Assembly: GCA_905178155.1 (NCBI GenBank)
Contig: CAJINV010000008.1
Location: 4,055,420-4,119,419 of the forward strand
Direction of reading: 5' to 3'
Length of the DNA stretch: 64,000 bases
Source: Amoebophrya sp. A120
Lineage: Eukaryota > Protista > Dinoflagellata
Part shown: piece after piece, positions 12,414 to 24,800 of the stretch
Layout of the letters: each line of letters opens with the position of its first letter
How positions within the stretch are numbered: the first letter of the stretch is position 1
Program-made: the position numbers and the translations under genes
Notes under the pieces: model-generated
The model's input: only the letters and a program-made list of their open reading frames with translations
Databases searched by the model: none
Told to the model about the DNA's origin: nothing

Positions 12414-15400
12414 GTGAAAGTTCCCTGCAGTGAGCTTGCGTATCGGTATCAGGTCGTCACCGCTCTAAAACTTAGATTTACTGTAGTCGACTATATTCAT
12501 ATTCACTCCTTGCTGCCACTCCCACTGTTTTATCTAGTCACTAGTCTTCAATTACGATCTCTAGATCTTGTCTTGTCTTATTTCCCCCGCCGAAGTTCAA
12601 TTTTCATCAATGTGTTTTGCCTGATGTTGCCAAATATTTTTACCCGAAATAGTACAGCTCAACATGTTTGACTTTTTCTTATTCACCCTGCTCACCCCAG
12701 CGGTGATTCGGATTCAGCAGTTTCGAGTGCAACTGGCGAGTCAGACTGTACCACGACATCCGCCACAAGAAGTCTTCACCTGCGTGGAAAAGGACCTTTT
12801 CCAAGACGTTGTGGACAAAGAGCCAGAACTTCTCTTTTTTCACCACCAGCATGGAGGTTCTCGTGCACCGGTGGAGGATCATCATTTAGAAATTTCTCGT
12901 GCGCCTTCCTCTACTGGCGCGGCTGGAGGAGGTGTAGCAAGAATTTCTACTCGACCACACGGTGGAAGAGAGAAAAACGAGAACCTCATCTACAGTGGTC
13001 GCCACATTCCTGGAATGGTGCTTGACTTCGAGATAGACAACTACTCATGGTCAGCGTCATCTTCTTCAAGTAGAGCGCTCGAGGAAGAAGAAGACGCAGG
13101 GCGACAGCAGGGCATGTTGATGCACTTCACGTCGCCGGTCCTGAATCTGCGCATTTTCCGACAATCACGACACGGCCCAACCACTAGAACATCTTCCGGA
13201 GCGCCGTCTGCAGCAACGCCGGGTCTGACAGGGCAGCACGGGGAGGAACACGAAGAAGATGTTCCTGGCGGGGGATCAAGAAGTACCAAGATGTTGACCG
13301 CTGCTGCAGCCACGCCGAGGACTGGTGTGAAGCAGGACAAGAATACGATCAACAACTTCTCTTCTGAGGACGAGGACAAAACGACTTTCGCTTACACGTG
13401 GCCGGAGCACGATGAAACCGATCATGATACGACTGGAACATTATCAAAAAACGGCAAGGCGACCCGGCTGGCGCAGGACCGATTGCCAGGTACAGTCCGC
13501 ACATTGGACAACGTGTTGGGAAAACTAGACCTCGACTGCGCGCATATCCAGTGCAAATATGTCTGGGTCTGGAAACTTGTAATGCTGTAATGGGAATAAG
13601 TAGTGAATGCTCTGTAATGTTGCACAGCCAAGCATGAGAAATATCTGCGCTACTTTGTGTTGCGTTTTTCGCGTGACACGCTGCGTTTTTGCATGACACC
13701 AGGCAAAAGGGCCTCTTCTTGGACACGCATCACATACTTTTTCGTCATACCAGGCAAGCATGAATCTTCCAGACCCAGACATACTTGCATTTGATCGCGC
13801 ACCTGAGGAAACAAAGACCGGACCTACACTGCGAGATGGGTGTGATCTCCAAATCTGGCTGGGTAGTTATTGACCACCTGGAACGGGAACGCCGGTATAA
13901 CTACCTTAAGACCCGCGAACTAAATTTAAATGATGATCCAACGCAGGATGAGAATATGAAGGCAGATCGGCATCGAGCTCCTGCAGATCATCCGGGTGAC
14001 GATGAAGATCTTCATGGGCCGCCTGAGAAGATGGCACAAGAACTGGGTTCATTCAGTGATCGTGAAGGTCCCAGCAGTGGTCTTGCCTCCGTGAAGGTGG
14101 ACGACGTGGAGCAAAAAATCTTGTTGCCAGAGGACTTCTATGGTCACCGGAGCAGCGGTACTGCTGGAGAACGGAGAACCCCCTGTCAGCAAAAGCTGGT
14201 GGAGAAAATTTCCGATTTGGTAGCTGCAGCAGCAGTTCCACCTCCTACGAGGACTTCTGCGGCGGCGAAGACCTCTAAGAACTCATCGAGTACGACAACT
14301 AACAGATCTGCCGCTGCCGAGACGGAACACGTCCCCACCATCTCCCGGGAAATCGACGCTCATTTTTTCGGCCACGGCAGAGATTACCTCACGGCGCTGC
14401 AGGATTTTAGAGACCTCTTCGCCACGACCAGGAGGACCGCGATGAGTGGTAGACGTTCTGCTGCTGCGGCACGTACAGGAGATGATGATGAAAAAAGCAC
14501 CTCCGCGACGCGGCCCTCTCGTCCTGAGGAAGATGGCGACGAAGGCGAGGCTGCTCAAGAAGTAGAAGAGCCACATAGTTCACCGACCGTTCCGCCAGCC
14601 TATGTGTTTGGTCTGTGGTACTCGCGGTGGTGGAGCTATCATCAAGACGAACTGCTCGCCGAGGTAGCCGAGATGAAGAAGCTTTTCCAACTATCCTGCT
14701 GTGTAAATAACACGTATCCACCAAACCACGTTTGTCATGCGAATATGCATGCATGCCGCGGACTATGTAGTTTCTCAACATGCGAAGCCCCATGTGAAGC
14801 ACCATCTTCTAGCTGGTGTTTTGGACTCTGTAACACCCTGAACGTTGTACGTAAGTGACCTAATCAGGATAAGACTTCTAAAATAGCATAGCAGACTTTC
14901 GTGTTGACGTCGGTAGGTCACAACGACCTCAGCACGACGACATCAGAGACCGATGAAACTACTTGATGTCATACGCTTTTGCCAAACCTTCTTGATTTGT
15001 GTACTCATAGCAGGTTTCCCATCCTCACTATGGTGATGTGGGTACTCCGTTTTCAGTTTTACATGTGATACGACTTTCCGCCCTCCGTTCTCGTCCTGGA
15101 TATGGACTGGCATCACACGTTCTACCGCGACGCCTGGTACGGAGGCGAAAAGGACATTGCAGGCTTCCAGAAGGGTATCGCAAGAAAAAACTGTTTCACT
15201 GTGAACTTGTGATGCAGAAAACGAAACACCAAAGTGTTTGTCTTGCTACACTTGCAAGACATCCGATTTGCAAGCGTGTTTTCCCTTGGGAAGCGCGCAT
15301 GGCAAATTTTCTGTCTCATGTGTAACAAACTTGTGATGCAGATATTGCTAAATCACCACAGTGAAACAGTTTTTTCGTGGGATAAAGGGATGGACGGGCT

Positions 15401-18400
15401 GGAGCTGGGACCGAAAACTGTTTCCGGACCCGCAGCAGTTCATTTTCCAGGTGCGAAAATTGGGCGTCCAGGCGATTGCGGTGAACATCCACCCCGCGTC
15501 CGGAGTTTTGAAGTTTGAAACCTGTTTTGCGGAACTGAAAAAGGCGATCTTTGGCCACGAAAGTATTCAAACGGGTGGTCGTGAAAGCACAAGAAGAACA
15601 GCTGGGCGAGAAGAAGAAAAGACAGATAAATTAGATGATCGCGATCTGCAGCTGCTGTTGAACAGCACAAACTACACCGACTTTCTTCCCTTTCCCTTTC
15701 TGATGGCGACGGAAAGACGCCAAAAGTTGTTTGGGGAACTCTGCCTGAAGCCTCTGAAAGTGGACGTATTCTGGATCGACTGGCAACAGGGCGAGGATAT
15801 GCGGCTCGTGTTGGATACGCAAAGGAAGCACGACGGAAGCAGCAAGGACCAGAACGAAGGCCGCGATGGAGAACAGAAGAGCAAGTTGCATTCAACAGCT
15901 GCTTTAAAAGAGCCGACGACGAAACCTTCTTCGAAAGTAGCCCAGTCTTATCCCGACTCTACCCCGACCTCTTTCCTATCCGATTACTTTGCGCGGTACG
16001 CAACAGATGGCATCACCCTGAACCGCTTCGGCGGCCTACTGCACGCACAGCGCGACCAGCAGGGACGCCGTCCGGTGACAGTTGGCTTCTCGGGCGACGT
16101 CGTCCAGGATTGGTCCTCGCTGGCGTTTCAGCCGGAGTTTACCACAGCAGCATCCAACGTTGCGTTCCCCTACTGGAGTCACGACATCGGCTATGCAAAG
16201 AAAAATACTGTGCAAGTGAAAGTGTACTTGCAAATAAAACGGAGAAAAACAGACACAGTTACGCTTGCCATGCCAGACAGCCACGAAGTCCTCCCCCTCT
16301 GGTATGCGCTTTGTCGTACTGGCCGCTGCGCATGATGCATGGGTTTATTTCTTTGTGATGCAAAAGAACGAATTTATGATGCTACTCCTCCTCCTACAAG
16401 GTAATACGCTTTATGCACACTTTTCTTCTTGGATATCGGCGGGTTTCTGCTGCCCGTCGACAACGAATTGCTCACCCGGTGGATCCAGTTTGGGGCCTTG
16501 TCCCCGGTGCTGCGGCTGCACAGCTCCAAGCTGTTCGCCGCGGTGGAGAATCATCGGCTCGTGCAAAAACTTCAGCCGGACCCCTTCGGCAACGCAGTGG
16601 TGCACGCGGTGCAGTTCCGGAAACTGCTGGAACCGTACCTGCACAAGCTCCTCGCGGCGGAGTTTGCGGAATCGGGTGTCGGGTTGGTGCGCCCCTTGTA
16701 CTACTACCATCCGGACGATGAGAACGCGTATCAAGAAATGAATCACGACCCTGCAGTTGCTAGTGATACTAGTACATTAAGACAGCTACACCGACGAGAC
16801 CTTTCCTACGGCTATTACCTCGGTTACCGGCTGTTGTGTTTTCCCGTGACAAAGCCGGGGGTCAACTTAGTCCACGGGTGGATACCGTCGCGGATACCGC
16901 AGTGGGTTCAGAACAAACATGAAGTTGCCTCGACGTGGTCGCACAAACAAGCCGAAGCCTCCGAGAAAGACGCAGCCAGCCAAATCCCTGCCTCGCTATT
17001 GCGAGGAAAAATCCAAATCCCCCCTCCCCGTATCGAAAAGGTATGTTTCCGAAAATTTGTGTTGCTGATTTGAGGTCACGCATCGCATTTGTCTTGCAAG
17101 AACACAACGGCAGAAGCTTCCGCCCCATTATGGAAGCGATTTGTCATGCTGTTGGGCCGAAAGGGGAGCCGTTTGCCATGCTGAACAACTAGACCCATAC
17201 GCCCCGACCTAGCCTGGGGATCTGGCCGCAGTGCCTCTCTGCAATACAGACCTGATGTGTGTACACAGGTCCAGCATCAGAAATTCCGTTTTGATATGGG
17301 GAGGGGGGGTTTTCCTTTCGATACTCGCAGGCTGCAGTTCTTGAGCACGACAACTTCATTGCCCTCCACTCCGGGGAGGAATTCCAACCCAACACGGTTT
17401 TCACGGTCTACACGAGTCTGGACGTGAAAGATTCCCTCGGCCCTGTGTTTGGAAGGAAAGGATCCGCGATCCCTTTCGGAAGGGAGACCGTTTTGCTCTT
17501 CGGCTTGCGTGGACGGGATTTCGGGCTGGAATGGAACTTCGAGGAAGAGAAGGATACTGGTGAACAAGAAGAAGGGAACAAGGTCTCATCTATAAAAATC
17601 TCTACTTCTGCTCCTGCAGGTACAGCTGCTGCACCAGCACGACCAGAATCAGAGCATACCACGACTCAACGTAGGAGTGGTTCTTATCTGCGCTATACCG
17701 GCAAACTAGACAAACGAAAGTTACTGCGCAACAGGACCAGATTTGTTCTCATCGGTGGAGACATTTTGCGGTTCAGAGCGCCCGAACTTTTTGTCAGCAA
17801 TAGACATAGAGCAGATGCAGATGAGGAAAATCAGCAGCATCCCGGCGGGGAACAGCAGCGACAGAAACAGACACAGGATGATGAAAATGAAAATACGAAT
17901 AAACCGTCGACCTTTGTACAACGACTTCTACCATGCAGCTTTGTCGAGCCAAACAGGAGGGGAATGAGAATGAAGCAAAACGAACAAGATAGAACTAAAC
18001 CTGGTGCGACTTCAGACATTTCTCATTCATCCCGTCGTGCAGAGGAAGCAGAAGAGCACGCGGACTTTGTTTCGACTTCCGCGAAGATGGAAGCAGAGCA
18101 TGCGGAAAAATTGTCGTCGGTGTGGATCGACGTTCTTTTTCCAACAGAACTTCTGCAAGAACCGAGCATGGGAAAGAAAAAAGCGGCTTCAAGAACTGCT
18201 TTTCGTGAAATTGAAACGTCTTCTGCTTCTTCTTTTACGTGCGACTTCGCGGATGCGACAGCTACAACCTCAACATCAAGTACTGACTTAGTACTCAGTA
18301 GTGATACTTCTACCTCCTCGTGCAGGGACGTCGAGACGCAAGAAATAGAAAATCAAAACGATGGTCGACGCACCTCGAATACTCCACTTCTCGCCCTGAA

Positions 18401-20945
18401 GATTCTGCACCAGGCTACCTACTACCGCAGACAGTTGGAAAAAGCGAAGGGCAAACTGGATAAACTCTTTCCCATAGTCCTGCAAGACGAGTGGGATGCG
18501 ATTTTGGACATTTGGAACCTAATCCGCGAGAAGAAAGGCCTCTACTACACAAAGAACAGCACCGGTTCTGGTGGTTCTCGTCAAGAGGCTGGAGAACCTA
18601 CAAGGGGCACCACGAACAAGAGCAAGGCTAAAGACAGGGAAGACACAATGGATCCCACTGCAACGTCCTGCCAGTTGTCGACTTCACTTGCCCGGTTGGA
18701 ACAGCAGCTCACCTCGATGTCTCGCTTTCAAATTTCGAATCGCTTGCGCTCGGAACTCTTCGCCATGCTGGGCTTTTTCGACAACGCAGCACTCTATGAT
18801 TTTAATCACAGCCCAGGCGCGGCCGCGTTCTATCCGGTAGCTTTTTTCCGTGCTATGGCGTTCTCAAACGTTACATTCTGAACTGTTACATGAATTGGTG
18901 ATGCAAGAATGGCAAAACTACAAGGGGGAAGATTGCGCCTTTTGCATTACAGATTTGGCACAGATTTCCAGCCTATTTGGCGGCCCTTCGGGAATTTGTC
19001 ATGCGAAGCAGGTTGATCGTGTCGAGGCTGATTGGAATTTTGCATGACAAATCATGTAACACTTGAGAATGTAACACTTGAGAACGCCATACGTGCGTTT
19101 TTCGACTTCGAGGCGGCGGAAGTGCTCTTCTCGCTCGGCCACAAACTCACCTGGTTTCTTATGGAAGTGTCAGAATCGAAATTGACAAAGTCGAAAAATT
19201 TGTGATGCACAAAATCGATGTCAGTAGGAGCCTCAGTCTCCAAGTGGCGCGTGACAAACTTCGGAAGCACCCAAATCCAGTCTGTCTTGCTGTTTGGGCA
19301 AAGAAGACTCCTCCTGTCATGCTACTCTGCCAGCACATTTTATACCCCTAAACAGGCTTACGATCGGTCTCATTTGCCTGCTTCCCAGTACAGGCGCTCA
19401 GTGCCCTACATGTTATGCATCACGTATTTTTCGATTTTGTCGATTTCGATCCCGACACATCCATATTTCTCTTCGCCGGGCCCTTCGCGCGGACCGTGTT
19501 TGAGCCGCTAGTGCGTGCGTTATCCTGAGAAAAAAGTGTTACAGTTACACATTGTGTTGCAGGCCAAGCAAGGCAGACGAGCTCTGTCATGCCGGATATG
19601 CATTGGAGCCTCGTTTCATAGGTGTTTTCCCGTAGGATTTCTGCATTACAAGTTTTCTCTCTCATGCTGAGAAATTTGTGTTGCTGAATTGACAACAAAT
19701 GTGTAACTGTAACACTTTTTTCTTGCGATATGCGTTCAACGAGGGACAGTACGAGGTCTTAGAGGTCAAGAAGTCCGGTTTTTTTCCTTCCTCGTCTGTA
19801 TGCATTGCAAAGATGTCTGGGTCTGGAAACTTGTGATGCTAAAATGTGGATGATGGAAACACTTTCGAATGCAGCCCAGCGTGACAACTTTCCAGAACGC
19901 TTTCTCATAGGCAGCCCGCATGAGAAGCTGCGTTTTTGCATGTGCAAAAGAGGCCGCGACTTTTGTTGGTTATGCAATACAGTATGGCGGCGTCAACAAT
20001 CTCACCACTATAGTATATCAAAAAAAGTTTCATATCGTATTTATGTATCTGAAAGCACCTATTTTGAGCTACCACTTTAAAATAGATATGCAACAGTAGC
20101 GACTTTGAGCTAGCTGCCTTGAGCTAGCTAATTCTTCCTCCTCTTTGCACACACGCAAGCCTCAAAAAGCGCGCTTTTTCTGCTATCCTTCCAAATTTAG
20201 CACCGATGCTAGTGAGCTTCGAGCCTAGTTTTTTTCGATAATGTACTCACTTTTTGGAGGACGTCCCCCGAGGTCGTCAATCTCAGTTCAAAAAGTGCTC
20301 ACTTGAGCACAACAAATCCTGGCCATTTTGGAGAAGCGTGGGAAAACGTGGCGCGCCAAGAGATGAAATAGAAACGATATATTTTTTTTTTGATATAGTA
20401 TAGTGGTGAGATTGTTGACGCCGCCATATACAGATTTCCTAGGTATGGAAAGCTAGCATTACAAATTCAAACTTTCCAGACCCAGACATATTTGCATTTG
20501 ATAGTCCGCGATCCTATTTTATTTCATACTTCTCGTTTCAGTTTTAGCTTATCCAAGTCGAGGGTATTGGCGCCCGTGCCTGCTCCGGATTTTGTGGCGC
20601 TCTTGTTCCTCAAAAATAAAGCGTGACGCTGTGCTGAAAAAGTATGCGAAAGCTGCAAGGTTTTTTTTTGGCGACAGAGTGACGGAAGACCTGGAGACTG
20701 TAGAGCTAGAAATGACGAGGAAGACAAAAGGTAATCAACATGAAAATAAGAGTGCAAGCGTGACTACAAAAAAACCTTCCTCAATAAATACACACAAGGC
20801 TTCTAAAGTGATGCGAAGTAGGAATTTCACTCGAAGCAGTGGCCGTGCTACTAGCGCTGATATCAGAAGTACAAGTCCAGCAAGCCGTAAGACTCAGAAA
20901 AATAAGCCTATACCAAAAAAGACATCTGTCGTTCCTCGATCTTAA
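12414..20945 (+). CDS. Glycoside hydrolase family 31 (WIDWQQG type) with C-terminal TM segment; 5' end uncertain
   Basis: RFTLLTPAVIRI, PPAYVFGLWYSRWW, VLVLDMDWH, GWTGWSWDRKLFPDP, FWIDWQQG (nucleophile Asp), GFSGD (acid/base), WSHDIGGF, TRWIQFGALSPVLRLHS, LVRPLYY, PVFGRKGSAIP; late hydrophobic AILFYFILLVSVLAY. Confidence 0.88.
13545..13796. mobile_element. Introner family A, TSD GCGCA (right end GATC)
   Basis: Family A TIRs, perfect TSD, terminal A mutated to C; junction DCA|HLRK. Confidence 0.9.
14692..15070. mobile_element. Degenerate introner, TSD CCAAC/CGACT
   Basis: TATCC...GTGATA ends; removal joins EMKKLFQ to PPSVLVLDMDWH. Confidence 0.72.
15176..15384. mobile_element. Introner, TSD AAGGG
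   Basis: TATCGCAAGAAAAAACTGTTTCACTGTG...CACAGTGAAACAGTTTTTTCGTGGGATA; junction QKG|WTGW. Confidence 0.92.
16192..16435. mobile_element. Introner, TSD TCGGC
   Basis: Splits the conserved HDIG|GF; degenerate TIR, perfect TSD. Confidence 0.88.
16997..17323. mobile_element. Introner, TSD CTCGC
   Basis: TIR contains CCCCCCTCCCCGTATCGAAA / TTTGATATGGGGAGGGGGG; perfect TSD. Confidence 0.85.
18854..19091. mobile_element. Introner family D, TSD CGTGC
   Basis: TATGGCGTTCTCAAACGTTACATTCT...AGAATGTAACACTTGAGAACGCCATA; subterminal 15-bp tandem repeat; homologous to 59703-59937. Confidence 0.93.
19521..19730. mobile_element. Introner, TSD TGCGT
   Basis: TATCCTGAGAAAAAAGTGTTACAGTTACACATT...AATGTGTAACTGTAACACTTTTTTCTTGCGATA. 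Confidence 0.92.
19799..20503. mobile_element. Introner family A enlarged by a nested element, TSD GTCTG/GTCCG
   Basis: Family A TIRs 705 bp apart; removing the nested element plus 5 nt leaves 254 bp, the normal family A size. Confidence 0.9.
19983..20428. mobile_element. Young TIR element nested within an introner, TSD TACAG
   Basis: About 44-bp TIR TATGGCGGCGTCAACAATCTCACCACTATA(G/C)TATATCAAAAAAA with one mismatch; perfect TACAG TSD. Confidence 0.93.
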
Positions 20946-21857
20946 GCTCACCGCGCTGGCGCCCGTGCATTTGGTACTAGTATGTGACTGCTGGCGCTGT
21001 TGGCCCGGAAACTGAGCCATGAACAAAGTCTCATCTGACTCTGGAGTTTGACCCTGACGTTGTGGTTACGTTTTGTGTTCCGTGCAAAAAAATAGCTGCT
21101 CTTCTCAGGAACGCAACAGTGTGAACCTCTCATTGCGAAAAGCGATGTCGTGCTGCTAGCATGTGCGTCAGAGACTGTCGCGTAAATCTGTAGGCTAATA
21201 CAGCTAAGAGGAAGAGTTTAGAACTTGATAACTGCATTCTCAAGAATAGAAAAAAAAACTGCGTGCCCGATAGAACACAACGACTTCGACAGAAAATCTT
21301 CGAGACGCGACGTTGATGCGTGCTGTTGCTTTTGTCAAAGTTGTTGCGAATGTTGTTGATGTTCGAGGAATGTTGTTGATTTTCAGGAAGACTTTGTTTC
21401 AGGATCGACTCGACTTCGCTCGATTATCTCGATCCTTTGTGTCGCGGTTCGAAAGTATTTTTCGATTCGAGTTCGACCCGCGAAAGCGTATACAAGCGTC
21501 GCAACGACAACATCAACATAATATGTGGAGTTCGAATGATACATGATTGTGTTTAAGGTCTTAGAAAAAAATACCCTGAAGAAAAAAAATTTCATTATGT
21601 TTGTTGGTAATAAGTAATTACTCAACTCTCAATTTACCAGGTGGTAGATCATTTCTTTTAGCTCGCACTACTAGAAAATCATTCCGAAAGTTGTTGCCTT
21701 CATTTTCTAACCTTTCTTACTTATCACCATCCTTGTCCCACCCGGGAACGGAAAGTAAGTATTGTTACTTCAACAAGACCGTGGACGTGGACGGCAAAAT
21801 TAAGTATTAAAAAAGTTGCTGATGAAAAAAAGCATTTGAACGTAAACTCACCTGTGC

Positions 21858-24800
21858 ATGTCGGGACCACTCCGCCCACTGCTCCAGCCTACAGATTTTG
21901 ATAACTACCCAAGAGTTAACAACAGCGCTGCACTTTTAAGCAAGACCCCCCAGACCGTCAAGAGGGAGAGCAGCTTTCTTCAAAACGGTCGCAAAGAGGA
22001 GGAGAACTCGTCCCTATCGCCCCCGCAAACGGATTACAACTATGTAGAAATCGAGGCGGACCTCACGCCCAGCGCAAGAACTTCGCATGACATTGAAACT
22101 GCCCCGTTTAATAGTATTCGAAGCCAGCACTCTACTCCTTATCCATCTTTCCAAAGAACTACTAGTACAACTACTGGCGCTACAACGGCTGGACGTGATC
22201 CAACTATAACTGAAGGAAGCAGTAGTATATGTATATTTTCCTACCAAAGAACAAGTGTTATCTCGACCATTGCCGAATCTGTGTACGCTATGGTACTCTC
22301 TAGCTTCAGTACATCAACGCGCGGAGCTGCTGGTGGCACAAGTCCGACCAGTGCGGCCGCCACTAGGGTGGGTTTGCTCTCTAGCGCGGCCGTTGCCACA
22401 GGCGCGGTAAACACTTCTAGTAGCACAGGTAGTTATAATTGTGGCCCTGGTGCAGCCCGTAGTTCATTTTTCTCCTGCTGTAATTTGGCAGGAGGAGTCT
22501 CACCGAATTCCCCAAAGCAATTGTTTGTGTCCTTGGTAGCAGTTTCGTTGCTGTTTTTCCTCGTTAGTGTGTATCATCGTAAAGGCTCTACAACCATTGG
22601 GAGTTACCTTTCGCAAGTCTCAACCATGACGGCCGAGGTGGCGGTCTCGCTGCTGCTGTCCGTGCCGCCGGTGCTGGGCATCTTCTGGGCCTATGCATTG
22701 CAAATAGGTCTTCGTCTGGAAAATGAGTTACGAACATAACCTGTACTGCGAATTTCGAATGAAGCAAAAGTCTGTGATGGACGACGAAGCAGATGTTGAG
22801 CACAACAAAGTTTATCATACAATGCGACGGCAAGTTCCGCATTTTTGCGTGCCTTTCTACTTTACTTTGTGAAAGATCTCTGTCATGTCTGGCTAGGTTT
22901 TGATAGGTACGTTGGTTTGTTGCTGATATCAGGCGACAGCAGGCATATTAACAAGATTCCAGAGCCAGATCGATATTTGCAGTGGATAGGCCCGTGCTGC
23001 AGACCAAATGGGTCCACGACGTGGAGCTAAAGGAGCCGGCAGAGGAGCTCAAGCAGATCACGTCATATGGATTGCAAAAATGTCTGGGTCTGGAAGAATG
23101 CAAGATTTGTCATGCATATTTCTCATGACCCATGATGCCTGTAATGCATCCCCTAGCATCGCAGACATTTAAAGGGCTTCCTGATGCACTTTCCGCATGA
23201 GAAATGCCCTGTCCGTGTAGCACAAACTGTACCCCTCTTGCTGGTCATGCAATACAAAATTTTTTAGAGTCCAAAAACAGCATGACAAATTGCAATCTTC
23301 CAGACCCAGACATTTTTACACTTGATACGTCAGGTGATGCCTCGATTCAGCCAGGTCTCGAACGAGAGAAAGCAAACTCGCGCTATCGATTTCATAGAAA
23401 CCAAACTAATTTAATGAGAGACAAATACTCACTTATTACAACTTCGTTTTTTTTTCAATGAACTTGAATTTGATGCTTCCCACCTGCTTTTGCTTTTCAT
23501 TCTTCTGCAACTTCCAGGTGATGCACATAAGTATTAAGTACTACTCCTACATCTCGCATGTTCAAGTTCATCAGCTTATCTGCGCATAAGAACCTCATCT
23601 CGTTTCCTGCTGATGACGACGTTCGGCAAAAAGAAAGAAAGAGAAACCAAAAGTCATCCGCCCCACTAAATTTCCACAACAGGCCTGATAAAGAACAGCC
23701 AAACGGTGGGGAAGATGCAGGAGATCGCCAATGCCATTGCGAAGGGCGCGGACGCCTTTCTCCGCATCCAGTATGCCTGGATCATGGCCTTTTGCCTCGC
23801 GTTTTCCGTGGTCATCTACGAGTTTTTTTCGCACATTTTGTCCAAGCCCAGCCTCGGCGCCGCCACGGTGCTCGCCTTCCTGCTGGGGGCGCTGACCTCC
23901 ATTCTGTCGGGGTACATTGGAATGAAAGCGGCGGTAATGTGCAATTTGAAAACCGCCCACCAGTGCTGGGCCGAGGGCATCGAGGCGGGGTACGCCGTGG
24001 CCGTGCGTGGGGGGTCCATTCTGGGCTTTGCACTGGTCTCGCTCGGGATCGGAGTCATGTTGGTCGTGATAAAAATATTCGAGCTCTGGCAAGTGGACAA
24101 CGGTATAATTCTGTGAGTGCTACAAGTAGAGGTGGACTATGCTTCTTTTCTTGTTGTTGTTCACAATGATCACAGCAATAAAGCCAGCGACACAAATAAT
24201 TCATCTCGTGTTTAATATGGTTCGTCTTGCAATTTCTCCTCCAAAAATACAAGACTTCCAAAAGCATGAAAAATAATAATCCACACCTGTTTACTATACA
24301 ACTAGGCTCCATCCTTTCCCTCTATGAGGCCTTGGCCGGCTTCGGACTCGGAGGCTCTGCGGTCGCACTTTTCGGCCGCGTGGGTGGCGGTATCTACACA
24401 AAGGCGGCTGACGTCGGGGCGGATCTTTCTGGTAAGAATACCCGTAAATTGCAATATAAGTTCCTGCTTTTCTGAGTTACTCACAACTTGCTCATGCTTT
24501 ATGATGTCGTTCTGGAGCATGCATGGCACACGTTCTCCTTCTCTCGCGTCAAATTCTGCATGAAGAGCACGCTTTTACAACAAAAATGAATTCACTAAAC
24601 ACCTAGGCAAAAACGAGTGGGGCATGGACGAGGACGATCCGCGCAACCCGGCCTGCATCGCGGACAACGTGGGGGATAACGTAGGGGACATTGCCGGTAT
24701 GGGCGCTGATCTGTTCGGTTCCTTCGCTGAGGCTACCTGCGCGGCGATGATTATCGCCGCGAAGTCTTTCGACGCGGCGTACGTCGCCAACGGTCCCAGC

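Noticed and set aside
20322-20331. GCCATTTTGG, a partial match to the dinoflagellate spliced leader (also TTTTGGCTC near 49513)
   Set aside because: Only 9-10 nt, inside mobile elements and not upstream of a start codon; expected by chance.
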